Below, piece by piece: positions 1 through 48,149 of a stretch of DNA of 64,000 nucleotides (the stretch's first letter is position 1; every line of letters starts with the position of its first letter). The notes under the pieces are model-generated. The model was given only the letters and a program-made list of their open reading frames with translations, was not told where the DNA came from and ran no database searches. This stretch comes from Amoebidium appalachense (taxonomy: Eukaryota > Protista > Ichthyosporea): positions 1,968,989 through 2,032,988 of the forward strand of contig CAVNZM010000011.1 of assembly GCA_963693365.1 (NCBI GenBank), given 5' to 3'. The position numbers and the translations under genes were made by a program.

Positions 1-8
1 CCGGCCCA

Positions 9-113
<105 letters not shown>

Positions 114-196
114 ATGCCTGCACACACTCACACACATGCAAGGAAACCAGACACACCAAAAAAAACACACCATGCGAGCAAAGACACACAGGTTAT

Positions 197-227
<31 letters not shown>

Positions 228-781
228 ACGCCCCCCCCAGTGCCCCCACACGCATTAGCCTGCCATTCCGTAGCCAAAAAACATTAAAGAACGTTTCAGC
301 CAAGCTACTCCAAGCCAATACATGCACCTGCCCACAAGCACACAAAGCCTCTCTCCCTCAGCCATCCAAGACTTATAAAGACTCGGGCAGGCATGCATGT
401 TCAAACCCAAACGGCCAAGCATGCGCAAGCACACACACACCCGTGAACACACACACACACACACACACACATACATACACAGCAGACACACACACAGACA
501 CACTGAGACAGACAGACAGACAGACAGACAGATACTTGTTCCTCTGAAAAAACACATGCCTACACACACATGCCTAAGACATGTGCCCCATTCAACACAC
601 ACACACACAAACACACACATACACTACACACTCAGAGGGAGGGGGGTAAAAGAGGAGAGGAGGGGGTGGGGTGAGGGGGGGAGGGGGGGCACATACCGAT
701 ACACACATGCTTACATCGTCTCTCCCACACTTCTCCTCCTTGTCCCCACCCACCCACCAACCCCCCGAGCACGGGTACACA

Positions 782-24154
<23,373 letters not shown>

Positions 24155-24851
24155 AATTCAATGTCTGTTTCAACACGTGTGTGTGTGCATGCAATGTAGT
24201 GTGTATGTGCGCTAGTTGATATGATCTGTTATTAGTTTAGCATCTTTACTTCTGTTGAGGTGAGAGGGAGAGAGAGAGAGGGGGGGGGGGGGGGGGGGGG
24301 GGGGGGAGGAGCTGGTGTGATCTAGTTTTGCCAACTTCTGGGGAGGTGGGGGTGGATCCGGGGGCCCCCGGGGCGGGGACCTGATTAGAATATGTAACTT
24401 ACATATGAACATGAACAATCTGCTTACGTGTCATATTGACTGCACGGTTGCACGGGCATGGTGCACGTGTGCTTTTACGTCACCACGCCAGTACGAACAC
24501 AACACGTCGAAAATCATACGACGTGCTTGCCGAATTTAGACCTATCTATCTTTATATGAACTGTTTTTTATTTTGTATGGAAACATCGAAAGCCATGTAA
24601 CATCCTTTTTGGTGCACACGGTTCTTTCTTATTCTTTTTAATCGAAAATAAACCCATTCAAATAAACCCACCAAAGATTATAATAGTGGATTCAGTATTG
24701 ACGTCAGCTCCTCCCTCCCGGGCTTCCGAGAACTGAAGCGCTCTCACACGCCATTCTTTACTCTCCCCTATACCACAAAAAATTTCTGCTAACTCCACAC
24801 ATTGCACACTAGTGTAGAGCACACCCGTACGTCACCCACATGCATGACCCT

Positions 24852-24893
<42 letters not shown>

Positions 24894-25360
24894 TCTCGAT
24901 CTTAGCCACACATGTAAAATTAGGAGGCTTACATCCCTACACAGAGACGTACGACACAAACGTGCACCGGATTTCGGAAGCCACACAATCAGGGGACTAT
25001 ACTAGAACCATCCTGGTGGCCCTATGTACGCATAAACGTTGGCAGGCTGGTCCATTTTTATTCTCGTTAATCGGAATCGCTAGCATACATTCCAAGGGTC
25101 ATACTCTTACTTGCCTCACTCTGCGTCATTCGACCAACTATTACATTACAACTCGCCAAGCTAACTCGCCATGTACTTCCATGTGGTACTCATCAACGAA
25201 TAAAATGAGAAAGCCATAGCCCATTCATCCAAATGCCATCTACTGGTCTAGCATGGTCAGACCCTAAGGGGCCATTTATCTCCTAACTTCACTCCTAGCA
25301 GTCCAGCTGCCTAGTCATCGCTACCGCATCATACGTCACCACCAAGAACAGACTACTGCA

Positions 25361-26040
25361 CTAACCCCCATACACCAACACGTGAACTAAACACGCAGTC
25401 AAAACAGCACACACGGCTCTTAAAGCATGCTTCGTTGTATCAGGGGTCATGCCAAACAGGGATAAGTCCCCATTTGGATGAATGTCTACTATATACGGTC
25501 GTGGTATGGTCTCCCCCCTGCTCTTTAACTCTTGGCGGTACCACTCTGTTTCTGCCGTGTGCTTTGCATAGAGCCCCGTGTTGTGGAAACGTGCCCCGGC
25601 ACTCGGCTCCTCTTCAATATCGAATCTGCAGAGGGGATTGGCAAACGAATGATTAGTATCTGCAGTAGGCACATATAAACGATGCTATTAATAGTATATG
25701 CCACAGGAATATGCAAACGATTTAAAACATCTAGCGACCATATTGGTATCGTGTTAAAGATGTGTGCCTGTCCGGGGCCATGCACGTGTTTGGTCGTTGG
25801 CAAAAGGCAGCGGTCATCCTCATGTATAACCCTACACAATTGCTCACAGGCCAAGTGAAAAGAACGCATGGCCGCGGGTGCTCAGGGAGACAGAAATGGG
25901 AAAGGGCTCGTGGGGTGGGTTTGAGCCGGGGCCCGGAGCCCCCCGGGGGGAGGGGGGGTTTAACATAACAATGTGTTTAAGTTTGAACAATGCACCAGCG
26001 CGATCCCCATAGCTGACATGCCTGTCACAAGTACCTGGGA
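25361..26040 (-). CDS. Probable 3' exons of the DEP-domain gene (frame and junctions unresolved)
   Basis: Microsatellite-free segments follow AG sites at ~26034, ~25830 and ~25660/25626. One frame reads HVSYGDRAGALFKL, which resembles the end of a DEP domain. Confidence 0.4.
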
Positions 26041-26264
26041 GGTATGTATCATGCATGGTCGTGTGTGTGCGTGTGTCTATGTGTGTGCGTGCAATGTGCG
26101 TGTCTTTTTTGTTGTTGTCGTTGTCGTTGTGTGAGTGTGCGTGCGTGCGTGTGTGTGCGTGCGTGCGTGTGCGTGTGCGTGTGCCTTCTTCGTTTTTTTT
26201 ATTTTCTTTTTTCTTTTCTTTTTCTTTTTTTCCCCCGGGGGGGGGGGGGGGGGGGGGGGGGGGA

Positions 26265-26330
<66 letters not shown>

Positions 26331-26333
26331 TAC

Positions 26334-26502
26334 ATTTGGTGTGTGTCTAATAGCAGCTGGCCCAGGGCTTGTGCCTGCTTGTCCTTTTCCAACCCTGTGG
26401 CCTGCAGCAACCAGCCCACCAACTCTCCACCCGAAAAATACTTCAGCTCCCTCTTGCGGTTGTCTGCAATGTGTGTTTCATTGTGTGTGTGTGTGTGTGT
26501 GT

Positions 26503-26542
<40 letters not shown>

Positions 26543-27256
26543 TGAATGCGTCAAAAAGTACGAAGTACACAAGAACAAACGGATAACACGATGCAGAATG
26601 CAAGCCATACATAAAGAGTATGCATAATAAGCAGAGCCCATCCTCAGGGGGGGCCCACGTCATCCACAGTACCCGAGTTTCGACCTATTCCCCTCGTTAA
26701 CGAAACCCAACTCAGATACTGTTTCACTTGAACATGAGTAGGTCACCCGTCTTGATCAGAGACGATCAGGGTTGCTTATGTAGGCAAGGGCAGTGGGAAA
26801 GGCCGGGGGTTAAAGTTGCAGCAGTAAGCAGAAGCAAGAAAAATATAGATAGGAACTCAGGAGACGGGGCTTCTAGGAAGCTCCCCCGTCGATACCTAAG
26901 TCGATAGGGGGGATAAAGGTTGGGTTTGGGTTACAGTGTGAGAAGTATTGATAATCATGACGACGGAAAACACGATGCAGGTTTTGCAAAAACGAGCAGG
27001 CACAAACAAGTACACATTATTAGCAGAAAACATCCTTGAAGGGGCTCCGAGTAATTCCCCCCCTCCCCCTCCTTCCCCCCCCTCCCCGTCCGGGGGGCAG
27101 GGGGATTAGTCGGAGCCCCCTTTGAGGATATTTTCTGCTTCTAATGCGCGAGGGGGAGGGGGGGGGGGATTGGTGTCACATCACGAGAACATGCCTGGAT
27201 TAGAAGGAATAGGGGGGTTGTGTGTGTCGGGGAACAGAAGGGTGTGTGTGTGTGTG

Positions 27257-27292
<36 letters not shown>

Positions 27293-28234
27293 AGATGACA
27301 CAACAGGGGAACTGTGGGGAGTAGGGTATCAAATGAATGGCATCTCAATCTCTTTTTGGGGGGGAAAAGAAAAAATGGCGGGGGAGAGGGGGGGGGGGGG
27401 GGGAGTTCCCACCTGTCCTGGTGTGGTTGGGCTGAAAACCATGGTGGAATTGGGCCACGGCTGCCTTCATGACGTCATTCTTATTGGTACCCCCCGTCGA
27501 AAAATCCCCACTGTTTCTCTTTTTCATCCCTGCCGGTGGTTTGTGATTAGATATGCATCACGTGCATATGTAATGATTCAGTTTGCACAAAGAAAATTAC
27601 AGACGGGGCTGAAAACCAGTAACAAATAATAAAGAGCAGAAGTAGTAACCAAGTTACGGCCCTTGGCTCATTCCTGTATAGGCCGAAGGGGAACTTCTAG
27701 TCTTATCGTACTCTTATTCTCCGGGTGGTTGAAATGAAAAACATTTGTAAGACCAGAGAGGTGGAAAGGGGGAGGCAAAACGGGGGAGGCGAGACGGGGG
27801 GTTTTTTTTTTTCCTGTGTGTGTGTGTGTCGGTGTGTGTGGGTGTGTGGGTGTGTGTTGTGTGTGTTTGTGTGTGTGTGTGTGGGGGGGGGGGGACAAAC
27901 CAAAATAGAGAGGAAACCAGCAATCTAAAGGAGGGCAGAGTTATGGAGCAAGATTCTTTTTTTTTTTTTGGGGGGGGGGGGGGGGAGGGGGGCGGGGGCG
28001 GGGGGGGGAGGGGAGGCACCAACTGGGGGGTAACATGCAAGGAAGGGGAAGGGGAGGAGGGGGGGGGGGGGGGGGGGGGGGGAGCTGTCACAGAAAGCAA
28101 CATACCCACGTTAACGGAAAGAAAGGGCTCTTCCTTTGGGCTGACAAAGCGGTAGAACAATTTGTCGTCTTTAAACGTGTGGTCTTTGGTCACGTGTTCG
28201 ATGTAGCCCTCCTGCACTAGCAGGTTGCCTAGTC

Positions 28235-28318
<84 letters not shown>

Positions 28319-28474
28319 GTGGGTGGGTGGGTGGGTGGGTGGGTGGGTGTGGGTGGGTGTGTGTGTGTGGGGGGGGGGGGGGGGGGGGGGGGGGGAGGGA
28401 GGGACGGAGGGAGGGGAGATGGGAAGGGGATGCAACAAAACATAAGATAGTGGCTTTTCTTTTCTGTTCTTTTT

Positions 28475-28519
<45 letters not shown>

Positions 28520-29043
28520 TTGAATGCGTCAAAAAGTACGAAGTACACAAGAACAAACGGATAACACGATGCAGAATGCAAGCCATACATAAAGAGTATG
28601 CATAATAAGCAGAGCCCATCCTCAGGGGGGGCCCACGTCATCCACAGTACCCGAGTTTCGACCTATTCCCCTCGTTAACGAAACCCAACTCAGATACTGT
28701 TTCACTGGGGGACTCGCAGACACTCCTAAAAGTGCATATTCGAAAAAAGTAATACAGAGCGAAGAGAATGCAAATGTATTGGAACGTCCTGCGGGAAGAC
28801 GTTCGTGCTGGAATTGAGATAGGGAAATCTCGAACGATCGAGAATTGGAGAGTTAAAGGGAGCTTGTTGGGGGAGTGGAGGTGATGCACATCAATACGGG
28901 CAGGTTGCGTCAAAGTGGAGCGGAATCCCCCGTTCCCCCCCCCCCCCCACCCCACCCCACTCCACCCCACCCCACCCCCGTGTCTGTCCCTCTTAACCTT
29001 CCCCACCTCCCCCTTCCCCACTCAACCTTAAAGAAAAATGCGC

Positions 29044-29077
<34 letters not shown>

Positions 29078-29325
29078 GGGGGGGGGGGGAGGCGGAGGGG
29101 GAGGGGGGGTACGGAGGGGAAAGAGGTTAATGCTCGCCCTTCTAGAGCCTCCCCTTCCACCACCACCACCACCTCGGTTCTAAACCTGTCCCCTCAGTGG
29201 TCCCTTTTTCTCACAGTTAACATCCATGCACACAAACGGTACCCAGCTCCCTCCCTCCCTGCCCCTCGCCCTACCTCCCCCTGCCCACCTTCCTACCCCT
29301 CACCCTCCCTCTCCCTCTTTCCCGC

Positions 29326-29356
<31 letters not shown>

Positions 29357-29614
29357 GTCCCCCTATTGTGCGCGCCAACTATGTGGTAGTCTGTTCGTGC
29401 ATATGCGTACCCATTTGCCACAAGAACCCATCACGCACGCCCTAAAAACCTACCTTATTGCGTCCTCTCTATCCTGGGCATATCCATTATCGATCATAGC
29501 TGAAACCGCCTCGCAGCCCACGAAACAGTCTCTATATGTCACAAAACGGTATTTTCGGTTGCGTATATCCAATCTCTCACGCAGAGACTCACAAAGCTCC
29601 CGTGAGTTCGCCAT
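26334..29614 (-). CDS. Tandem DEP-domain protein (well-supported 5' four exons; further exons likely to ~25.4 kb)
   Basis: Exons 29614-29454, 28233-28106, 27529-27413 and 26463-26334 join in phase. DEP1: MANSRELCESLRERLDIRNRKYRFVTYRDCFVGCEAVSAMIDNGYAQDREDAIRLGNLLVQEGYIEHVTKDHTFKDDKLFYRF. DEP2 start: YFSGGELVGWLLQATGLEKDKQAQALGQLLLD. Confidence 0.85.
26541..26790 (-). mobile_element. Structured ~250-nt dispersed element, copy A1 (intronic, 3' end on poly(C))
   Basis: Near-identical to 28518-28706 and homologous in conserved blocks to 62710-62955 and 63125-63383. Confidence 0.75.
28518..28706 (-). mobile_element. Structured dispersed element, copy A2 (5'-truncated)
   Basis: About 190 bp essentially identical to 26541-26728; abuts a poly(G) run on the + strand. 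Confidence 0.75.
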
Positions 29615-31078
29615 GGTGAGCAACTGGGATGTAAATAAGAAGCACAAGACTGAGGTTCCCTGGGAAATTCCCTTTGGCAAGGTCTATGCAAGTGCCGTTG
29701 GCTGAAAACATCGACCCTGAGAAACCAGTCCAGCTCCGTGTGGGTGGAACCTTATAGTGAGATCTAAGGGGAAGGCACACAGATCACAGGGATGTCTGTG
29801 TGTGTGTTCTGTGCCGGGTATGTATCCGTTATAAGCACTATTCCTGCCTATGCACATATGCAACTGAGTTGGTTTCATAAAGGCTTTCGGCAAAAAAATA
29901 TCGATTTTTTTTGCCAAGTTTTGGGACGCTCTTGCATGTTGGCCCTCTGAACACACGGCCTTGGCGCAGGAGATTAGTGTAACGTCATCGATTTTAGATT
30001 ACAATAATGCGGTCATACATTATGATAGCGTTTCCCCTTCTTATTCAGTTCAAACATAGCAAGAATTAACTGCAAGTTGAAGACCGTAGGGCACAACTAA
30101 CAGAAATAACAATAACATTCATGCAGTAAAAACATACGGTACATATTATATACAAACTTTCAAACATATATCCTATGGCATTTTCTACTACTGGCCGCTC
30201 ACAGTGGCCGCGAGGCGAGCTCGAGTGCCAGCTCCTCCTCCTCAACTACCTCATATGTAGCCTACAAAGATCTGCCTCTGTTCTGTAGCTAGCCAGGTCG
30301 AGCATCCTGAGTTGCTGCAATATCAGCAAGAAATAAGAGTGGGTCAACGCTGATCGTGTTTGTTGGTGAGGCTCGAGTACTACTGCTTGTGTCGTTATTG
30401 CCAGCCTTTTCCTTCTCTTACCTCTCGTGATCGCACATGACAGTTGCTTGGTTTTTTTCTCGCTCTAGCTGGCGTGTATGCTACCACACTGGGTTTCTTG
30501 ATTTTCGCAGTACCCATGCAGGCTGCAACCTCGCTCAGCATATGCTGCATTAGATGTCAAAGTCGTGCTAGGCCCTTCCGACTTCTGAAAGGCAATCCGC
30601 CTCACCCCCCCCCCCCCCCCCCCCCCTCCACTGTAACTCTCTTCCTCTCTTGCCCCCATCCTTTCTCTCCCTTTCTAACTCACTGCTCTCGTCCAGTGTC
30701 ACACTCACACATACATAAACTCTCACGCTGTCCCCGCTCCCTCCTCCCTCTCCCTCCCGGGGGCTCCCTCCGTCCGTCCCCGGTCTTTCCTCTCTCCCTT
30801 CCCTCCTCCCCCCCCCCCCCTCCCCCCTGCCCTCCGCCCCCCGTCCCTCAACCCTATCATGGAATATATACTCCCTCCTGTTCCCCTTTTGTTTCTTTCT
30901 TCCTTCAGGCTCTGTGTCTGTCGATGCAGAAACCCCCCTACAAAGAACTTCCCATACTAGTCTTCGACACAACCCCTGTCCCCCCCCCCCCCCCCGCCCC
31001 TCTCTAAAGCTTCCCCTGCCTTTCGAGGGATCTCTCTCGGCCTATACTCTCGCTCTGTCCCCCCATTCCTCCTCCGGA

Positions 31079-31155
<77 letters not shown>

Positions 31156-31455
31156 CTCTCTCTCTATAGCTATCTCTCTCTCTCTCCCCTCTCGCTCTGA
31201 CCCCCTCCCTCCTCCCTCCCTCCCGAGCCCGGCTGTCCCCCTCTCTCTTCTCTCTCCTCCGCTTTCTGTCTCTCTATCTCCCTCCCTCCTATGCCTCTTC
31301 CCTCCCCCCCCCCCCCCCAGGCCCTGTGTTTGTTGACGCACGCAACCCCCATACAAAGAAGCTCATCTCGAAATTCCCTCCCCACCACCCCCCTCTCCCC
31401 CTGCCTCCCTCCCTCCCTCCCCCCTCCCTTTCCTCACACACGCACACTCTCGCCG

Positions 31456-31521
<66 letters not shown>

Positions 31522-31682
31522 CCTCTCTCTCCCTCTCTTTCTCTCTCTCTCTTTCCCTTTCTGTCTCTCTCGCTCTCGCTCTCCCCCGCCCCCCTCTCTC
31601 GCCCCCCCCCTCCCCTCCTCCGCTTTATTTGGCACAGACGGCCCAGTTTTGCTGTTGTTTTGGACTGGCGCATAAGTCTTCA

Positions 31683-31952
31683 GCTGGGCCACATGAAGGG
31701 GCTTGGGTTCCATCCTGAAGTTTCGCAGGGATCAGTGTTCACATTGTTTGGTATATTATTTTCACAGGCCGCTTTAGAGGTGCGTGTTCACCTTAGTTAC
31801 AGCATATAATGATGAACTTACGCTGGGCCACATGAAGGTGCTTGGGTTCCATCCTGAAGTTCGCAGGGATCAGTGTTCACATTGTTTGGTATATTATTTT
31901 CAAAGGCCGCTTTAGAGGTGCGTGTTTACCTTAGTTACAGCATATAATGATG
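31683..31952. repeat. ~140-bp tandem duplication (2 copies)
   Basis: GCTGGGCCACATGAAGG...TTAGTTACAGCATATAATGATG occurs at ~31683 and ~31823 with few differences. Confidence 0.9.
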
Positions 31953-32621
31953 TAAGTTCAGAGTCTTCACACAGAGACGGGCCCAAGTAAGAAATTCGCA
32001 CACACGTTCAGAATCAAGCTGGCTGTCTTCCCTTTCAGTGTGCCTCATCTACGGTCGGGTGTGTAAAAATCATTGTGTTTGCGCCTATTTTTTTGTTATT
32101 GTTCTTTAAAACAAGCACGCGTAGGTGAGTAGTAGTAAAGTAAAAGCTTTGAAGTGAGTGACCCGGCACTGCTCGTATTCAGGCATGTTTACGGGAGGCG
32201 CCAGTATGTAACTACACGATCTTCGCCCACGCTTTATTGTAATCTTGAAAGTGGCTCACGAGTGACGTTCAGCACCAAGGGCGTGTGTTCAGAGGGCCGT
32301 GATTTGGCGGGTACACGGCCATCGAACAGGGTGCGTATGCCCGGCCGGTGAGCCATGGCTCACCCACTATGACGTACTGATGACGCCATCCGATCTACGC
32401 CATAATGACGTCATATAATGTACATTTTAGTTCATAGTTGATTTTTCTATGTTTTATTATATTATCAGAACCTGCGTGAGACCGTAACATAGTCGTTAAG
32501 GTGTGTAGCAACCATGTAAGCATTTCTCAGTCCCTCGTGCATGCTATCCGCCGTTGTTGTACTGTGTGGGTGTGCACATGACGTGCTCCAAAAAAGGGCA
32601 TCCCATATATGGCAAAATTAA

Positions 32622-33194
32622 CCTCTAGAGGACCGGACTAATTGATTCTACTGGCTGCCGGTTGGGACCTAAACAACTCTATTGCGACTCAAAATCGATA
32701 TAAAAGCTCAAATAAATTGCATATGCCGACAGGTACATGTCTTATCTACATACGTTACTAAGATGGTTTGTGGAAAATAACATTATTTCACATTCATAAT
32801 ACTTTTATATCTGTTTCTGAAGTGACTTTTGAGATTTTGAGACAATCTTGGAGTTGTCATCGAATGTCGACTGAGCCGGCCAATCATGTTTTGGCATTTG
32901 GAGCCATTTTCAGAATGGTCCAATCAGAAGAGTGCATTGACAGCATTTCGATGTCGTCATTGACTCGTCAAATCGGCAAGCACCCTGTGTAGTTACACCA
33001 TATACAAAGTATCGTTTTTAGAGTAAAGTTCAAAAAAAATTGCATAAGACGAAGGACAAGTGTATATTCTAATCTCGTGCAATTTTTTTTGGTTAGTTTC
33101 TATCAACTTCATGTTCACATTAGGGCACAAACTGACTCGTATCGATATCAGTTGACTAGATGTCGATCTCGTGGAAATTACGGATCTGAACAGG
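32622..33194. mobile_element. Possible decayed piggyBac-like MITE
   Basis: TTAA|CCTCTAGAGGACCG ... CGGATCTGAACAGG|TTAA; the termini match at only 9 of 14 positions; AT-rich interior. Confidence 0.3.
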
Positions 33195-33430
33195 TTAATA
33201 TGAGCGCTTGATATTATCAGCCTTGGCGACTCGAGCCACTCAGCACTGGTGACGTCTGCATTTCCCTCAAAATTGATGTCATGTTTACGTCATTTTTTAA
33301 AGGTATCACACTGTGAAGCCGACATAGACCTTAAGGTCCCCTTAATTCTGGACGCTGCCCCTCCCTTCTGCCCCCCCCCCTCCCCCCCCCCCCCCCCCCC
33401 CACCACCACCACCACCCTCTTCGCTCCTCG

Positions 33431-33471
<41 letters not shown>

Positions 33472-33683
33472 ACCCATTTAACCAATCACAGGAATTGAAA
33501 AATCGCCTCAACCGCTGCCCCTCCCTCTACTCGCGACCGGCATCTAATCTCTGGTTTTTCTTCGGCATAAGGCCCATCTTGAAAAGATGAAAAGACAAAT
33601 GGGATACATCAATTTTGGCCAAGTTGGACTGGAAAGGGGAGAGGCTAGGCTGGTGGTGGCGTGCCCCTCCCTCCTGCCCCCCT

Positions 33684-33717
<34 letters not shown>

Positions 33718-35041
33718 CCCCAACCAACCACCTACCCACCCACCACCATCACCACCACCACCAAATAAAATATTGGAGAGGAGCAGATCTGGGCGAGGCG
33801 GGTTTCCTTCCCCCTAACCCTGCCTCCCCCTTCCGAGTCCGAAACTCCCCCCCCCCCCCCCCCCCCTCATGACCATACCTCTCCTATCCATAGATCCCTA
33901 TCCAGTATAATCTAGAGAGACGGGGGTTTGGGGGGTCCCACATGTATGCTTTTTTCTTGTTCATTGGCTGTGACACACCCTCCAATGAAACCCTTGAATT
34001 CCTCTTTTGCCCACCTCTTCTTTTCCCTTGACGATCACGTGCCACCCTCTCCCCCCCACCCACCCAACTTCTACTTTTTTTAAGTTAATCCGAGGTGCTG
34101 TGAACGTTAGCACGGCAGTTTGTAAATGTTATCACAGATGATGCATGATGCAGTAGTGTATGATACTTGTGTGCACTCTCTGTCCATCTGAGCTAGACGG
34201 TATACACCCGGTGGCCAAGGTTGCCTGTGCCTTCTACGTATCACCCTCCAGCCACACATCTATGTCAGAACACCTTTATGTGAAATACAATAACTTCAGC
34301 TGCAGCTGCTAACCAGGCAGACAAAAGAAGTAAATGAAACAAAATTGATTTTGAAGTGTGGTAAGGGTGTGTTTCTGAGCAGGTGCCGTTTTCAGAGTCT
34401 CCATATAATTAGGTTAGGCCCCTGTTACAAACAGGGAAAGGTGCTATGCCCTTTGATGCCGTATTCAACCAGATGATAAAACGTTGTAACCTTGAAAACC
34501 TATATTTCAGGCCCAAAGCTAATGCGTTGATATACGAAACAAAAAGATTAGGCAGGTATCATGTTGAAAGTGTAAAGGGTAAACAACAACAAAAGACGGG
34601 AAAAAAAAACCCAAAAAAATCCGAAGGAAAGTTAACGATTAAAAAGATCATTATGGCTGCTTCTCATGAGACCCGTGCCAATGCCTAAAACGTAAATCCC
34701 AATACACCCAGTGTTGAACGAATTAAACTGCGTAGGTCGTATGCATACTTGTTTCCAATCTGGCTTAGTCCACATGAGCTTGCAATAAAACGAACACAAA
34801 ATGTGGCCTTACGTTTAACCCATGCACAAACACACACCGAGAGACACAGCAGACTGAGGAAGCCCAACAGGAGGCCTGCAATTGCAAGAGATCTAGGACC
34901 CGCATTCTTACATGACCGACACATCCCATAATATCCAATAAACTCAGGCATATCCTCTATATTTCCACGCATATCTATGAATACGATTAACCTGAAGAAT
35001 ATGTTGAAAGCGCAAATGACTTTTCAAAACACGGTAAGGAT

Positions 35042-46004
<10,963 letters not shown>

Positions 46005-46052
46005 CTTGGAACTCTGGGAACTCTGAGGAATGGTGAAAGTTAAGTGGTCTGT

Positions 46053-46197
46053 TGTGTTTCAGTGGCAGACGGTGGAGTGATGAGTGGCCTCGGAGCAATA
46101 TTCAGAATAATTCGCTGGTTTCTACATGTGTTTCAGTGGCAGACGGTGGAGTGATGAGTGGCCTCGGAGCAATATTCAGAATAATTCGCTGGTTTCT
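46053..46197. repeat. 74-bp tandem duplication just upstream of the fimbrin-like start codon
   Basis: TGTGTTTCAGTGGCAGACGG...AATTCGCTGGTTTCT at 46053 and 46127. Confidence 0.9.
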
Positions 46198-48149
46198 TTG
46201 GATGCTAAGTGAAAAGACTTGAGTATTTTGCCAGGCCATCTCAAAAAGAATGCACAGCCGCGTGCATGGCACGGATATATATCCATAATGAAGCCGACAG
46301 CCACACGCGCACTGATCTGCCTTCCCCAGAGCCATGTGCGCAGAGTAGAATACAAGCAAACCTGTACACACATCCTTTTTTATGCAGTTTCCATTAAACT
46401 ATAACAGATATAGAGAAGCATTTAGTGCGTTTTATGCAGGATCTTAGCTCAATCACTGATCAATAGGCTTCAATTGCATATACCAGCTGAGATCTGGAGA
46501 AGTGTGAGTCGACCAAAAGCCTTGCAAAAAAGCAGGCCCATGCCCGGCAACCTGCTTGTGTGTTTTCAGAACCTACCCAAAAACTATGTATGCTGTTGAT
46601 TCTTATGTAAGTTTGTGTGGAAGGCTCAATATAAAACTAAACACGAGGGAATTTGTTAATTCAGTCGTAGCGCCAAACAGCATCGATGGACAGAGCAAGC
46701 TACTTGTTTACAGACTCGCAGCTCCTGACACTTACCGCAGATTGACTTATCCCTGTATAAATTTCTAATAGCTGCAGAGGATTGAGGATATAAGTAGGCA
46801 AAAACTTAGAAAAAGGTGAAAGGCTGGAAGTTGAGAAGCGAAGAACACACGACCACCAGCAAAAAGTGACAGCGTGCTGTTATATTTGCTCGAAGAACGG
46901 GGGCTGCGTGAAAATGCCTGTGATGCGCTTTCTACGAATCACATTTATGCACTAGAGGCGGGCAAAACTTATCGAACATCGTAAACGGTGCTGGTACTGC
47001 GCTGTGTATCAACTTCTATGTATAATGCAGCATGTACCAATGCAAATAATTTTTGGGGGCATAAAATAGGGTCTTTATATGTATGTAGTTAGCGCTTCTG
47101 TGTCCATAGTTTGTATTAATAAGGCTTGGTGCGTACCTGGTGTCAACACATCAATTGCGGCAATCGCGGCTAAACTTTCAAGTCTTTCACACAGTCGTAT
47201 CATGGGTAGGCTATATCCTATTTATATCTGCCTTTTATAGGGAGTAGCACAGAGAAATACAAAATTGTAGCTTCTGTCCTGAGCAAGATTTTCCTCAAAT
47301 TTTTTCGACAATCGTGCACTCGTTATAATAGTTTTTAGACATCATCCACAAGTTGGCCCGTTCGTTTCATTGGGTGTAAATTAAACTTGCTAACGTTATT
47401 TGAGAGTACAGCGGTACAGCCTGGCCAGCATGAATAGTGAAAATATCTCAGGGATGTTAAACTGGGATATATTCACGACTTCCATTTGCAGCCCCGCCAC
47501 TGAGCTGCAGCTGCATAAGGTTCGCGGGCAGGGATGTGGTGACTTGACTCGGAGTCATGACTTTAAGTCAAAAAAGCTCCTGACTTTTGCCCAGTCAAGT
47601 CGGGTCATCAGGCAGGACATATGGGTGACTTTGGAGGAGGTGGGGAGGGGGGGTGGGAGTATAAGGGGAGGGCCGGGGGGAAGGGGGAGAGGGGTCAGGA
47701 GAGGTGGGGCCCCTCTCGTCCGCCCCCTGAAAAATGTTACTATATTTAGCAGTAAGTCACTAAAGTCGTGACTCGAGTCAGACCCCCTTAAGGCTGGATT
47801 CGGTCCCCGCCCGCAAAAATCGACCAGAGACTATGAGCCGCTTGGCCTTCTGATCGGATCTATTTTCGGATCTCCATAGTCGACATGCGACTATAAATGC
47901 ATCCTTGATCGGTGCACTACCGTATACTTTGGTGAATGTACCGTTTTACGTCTCCGTCACTTTTCCCGTGTGCACGTAGATCCATTGTAAAAATAAATAA
48001 ACGAAAGTACGCTATATGGATACTGCTTCTTCCCAGCTTTGCAATGGTGCCACAAACACCCTGGTCTACAACTAACCGTAAGAATTGCCGGCTGTTGACC
48101 ATTCCCTGCATCACTTGAGTTGTGTGAGAGTTGGGCAACCTTCTGCTGA

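Noticed and set aside
27650-27750. Extra exon of the DEP gene
   Set aside because: The exons ending at 28106 and starting at 27529 already join in phase, and the candidate frames contain stops or lack motifs.
32603-32612. Perfect CArG box CCATATATGG (also at ~12146 and ~59786)
   Set aside because: None lies near a start codon, one is inside coding sequence, and a few CC(A/T)6GG matches are expected by chance in 64 kb.
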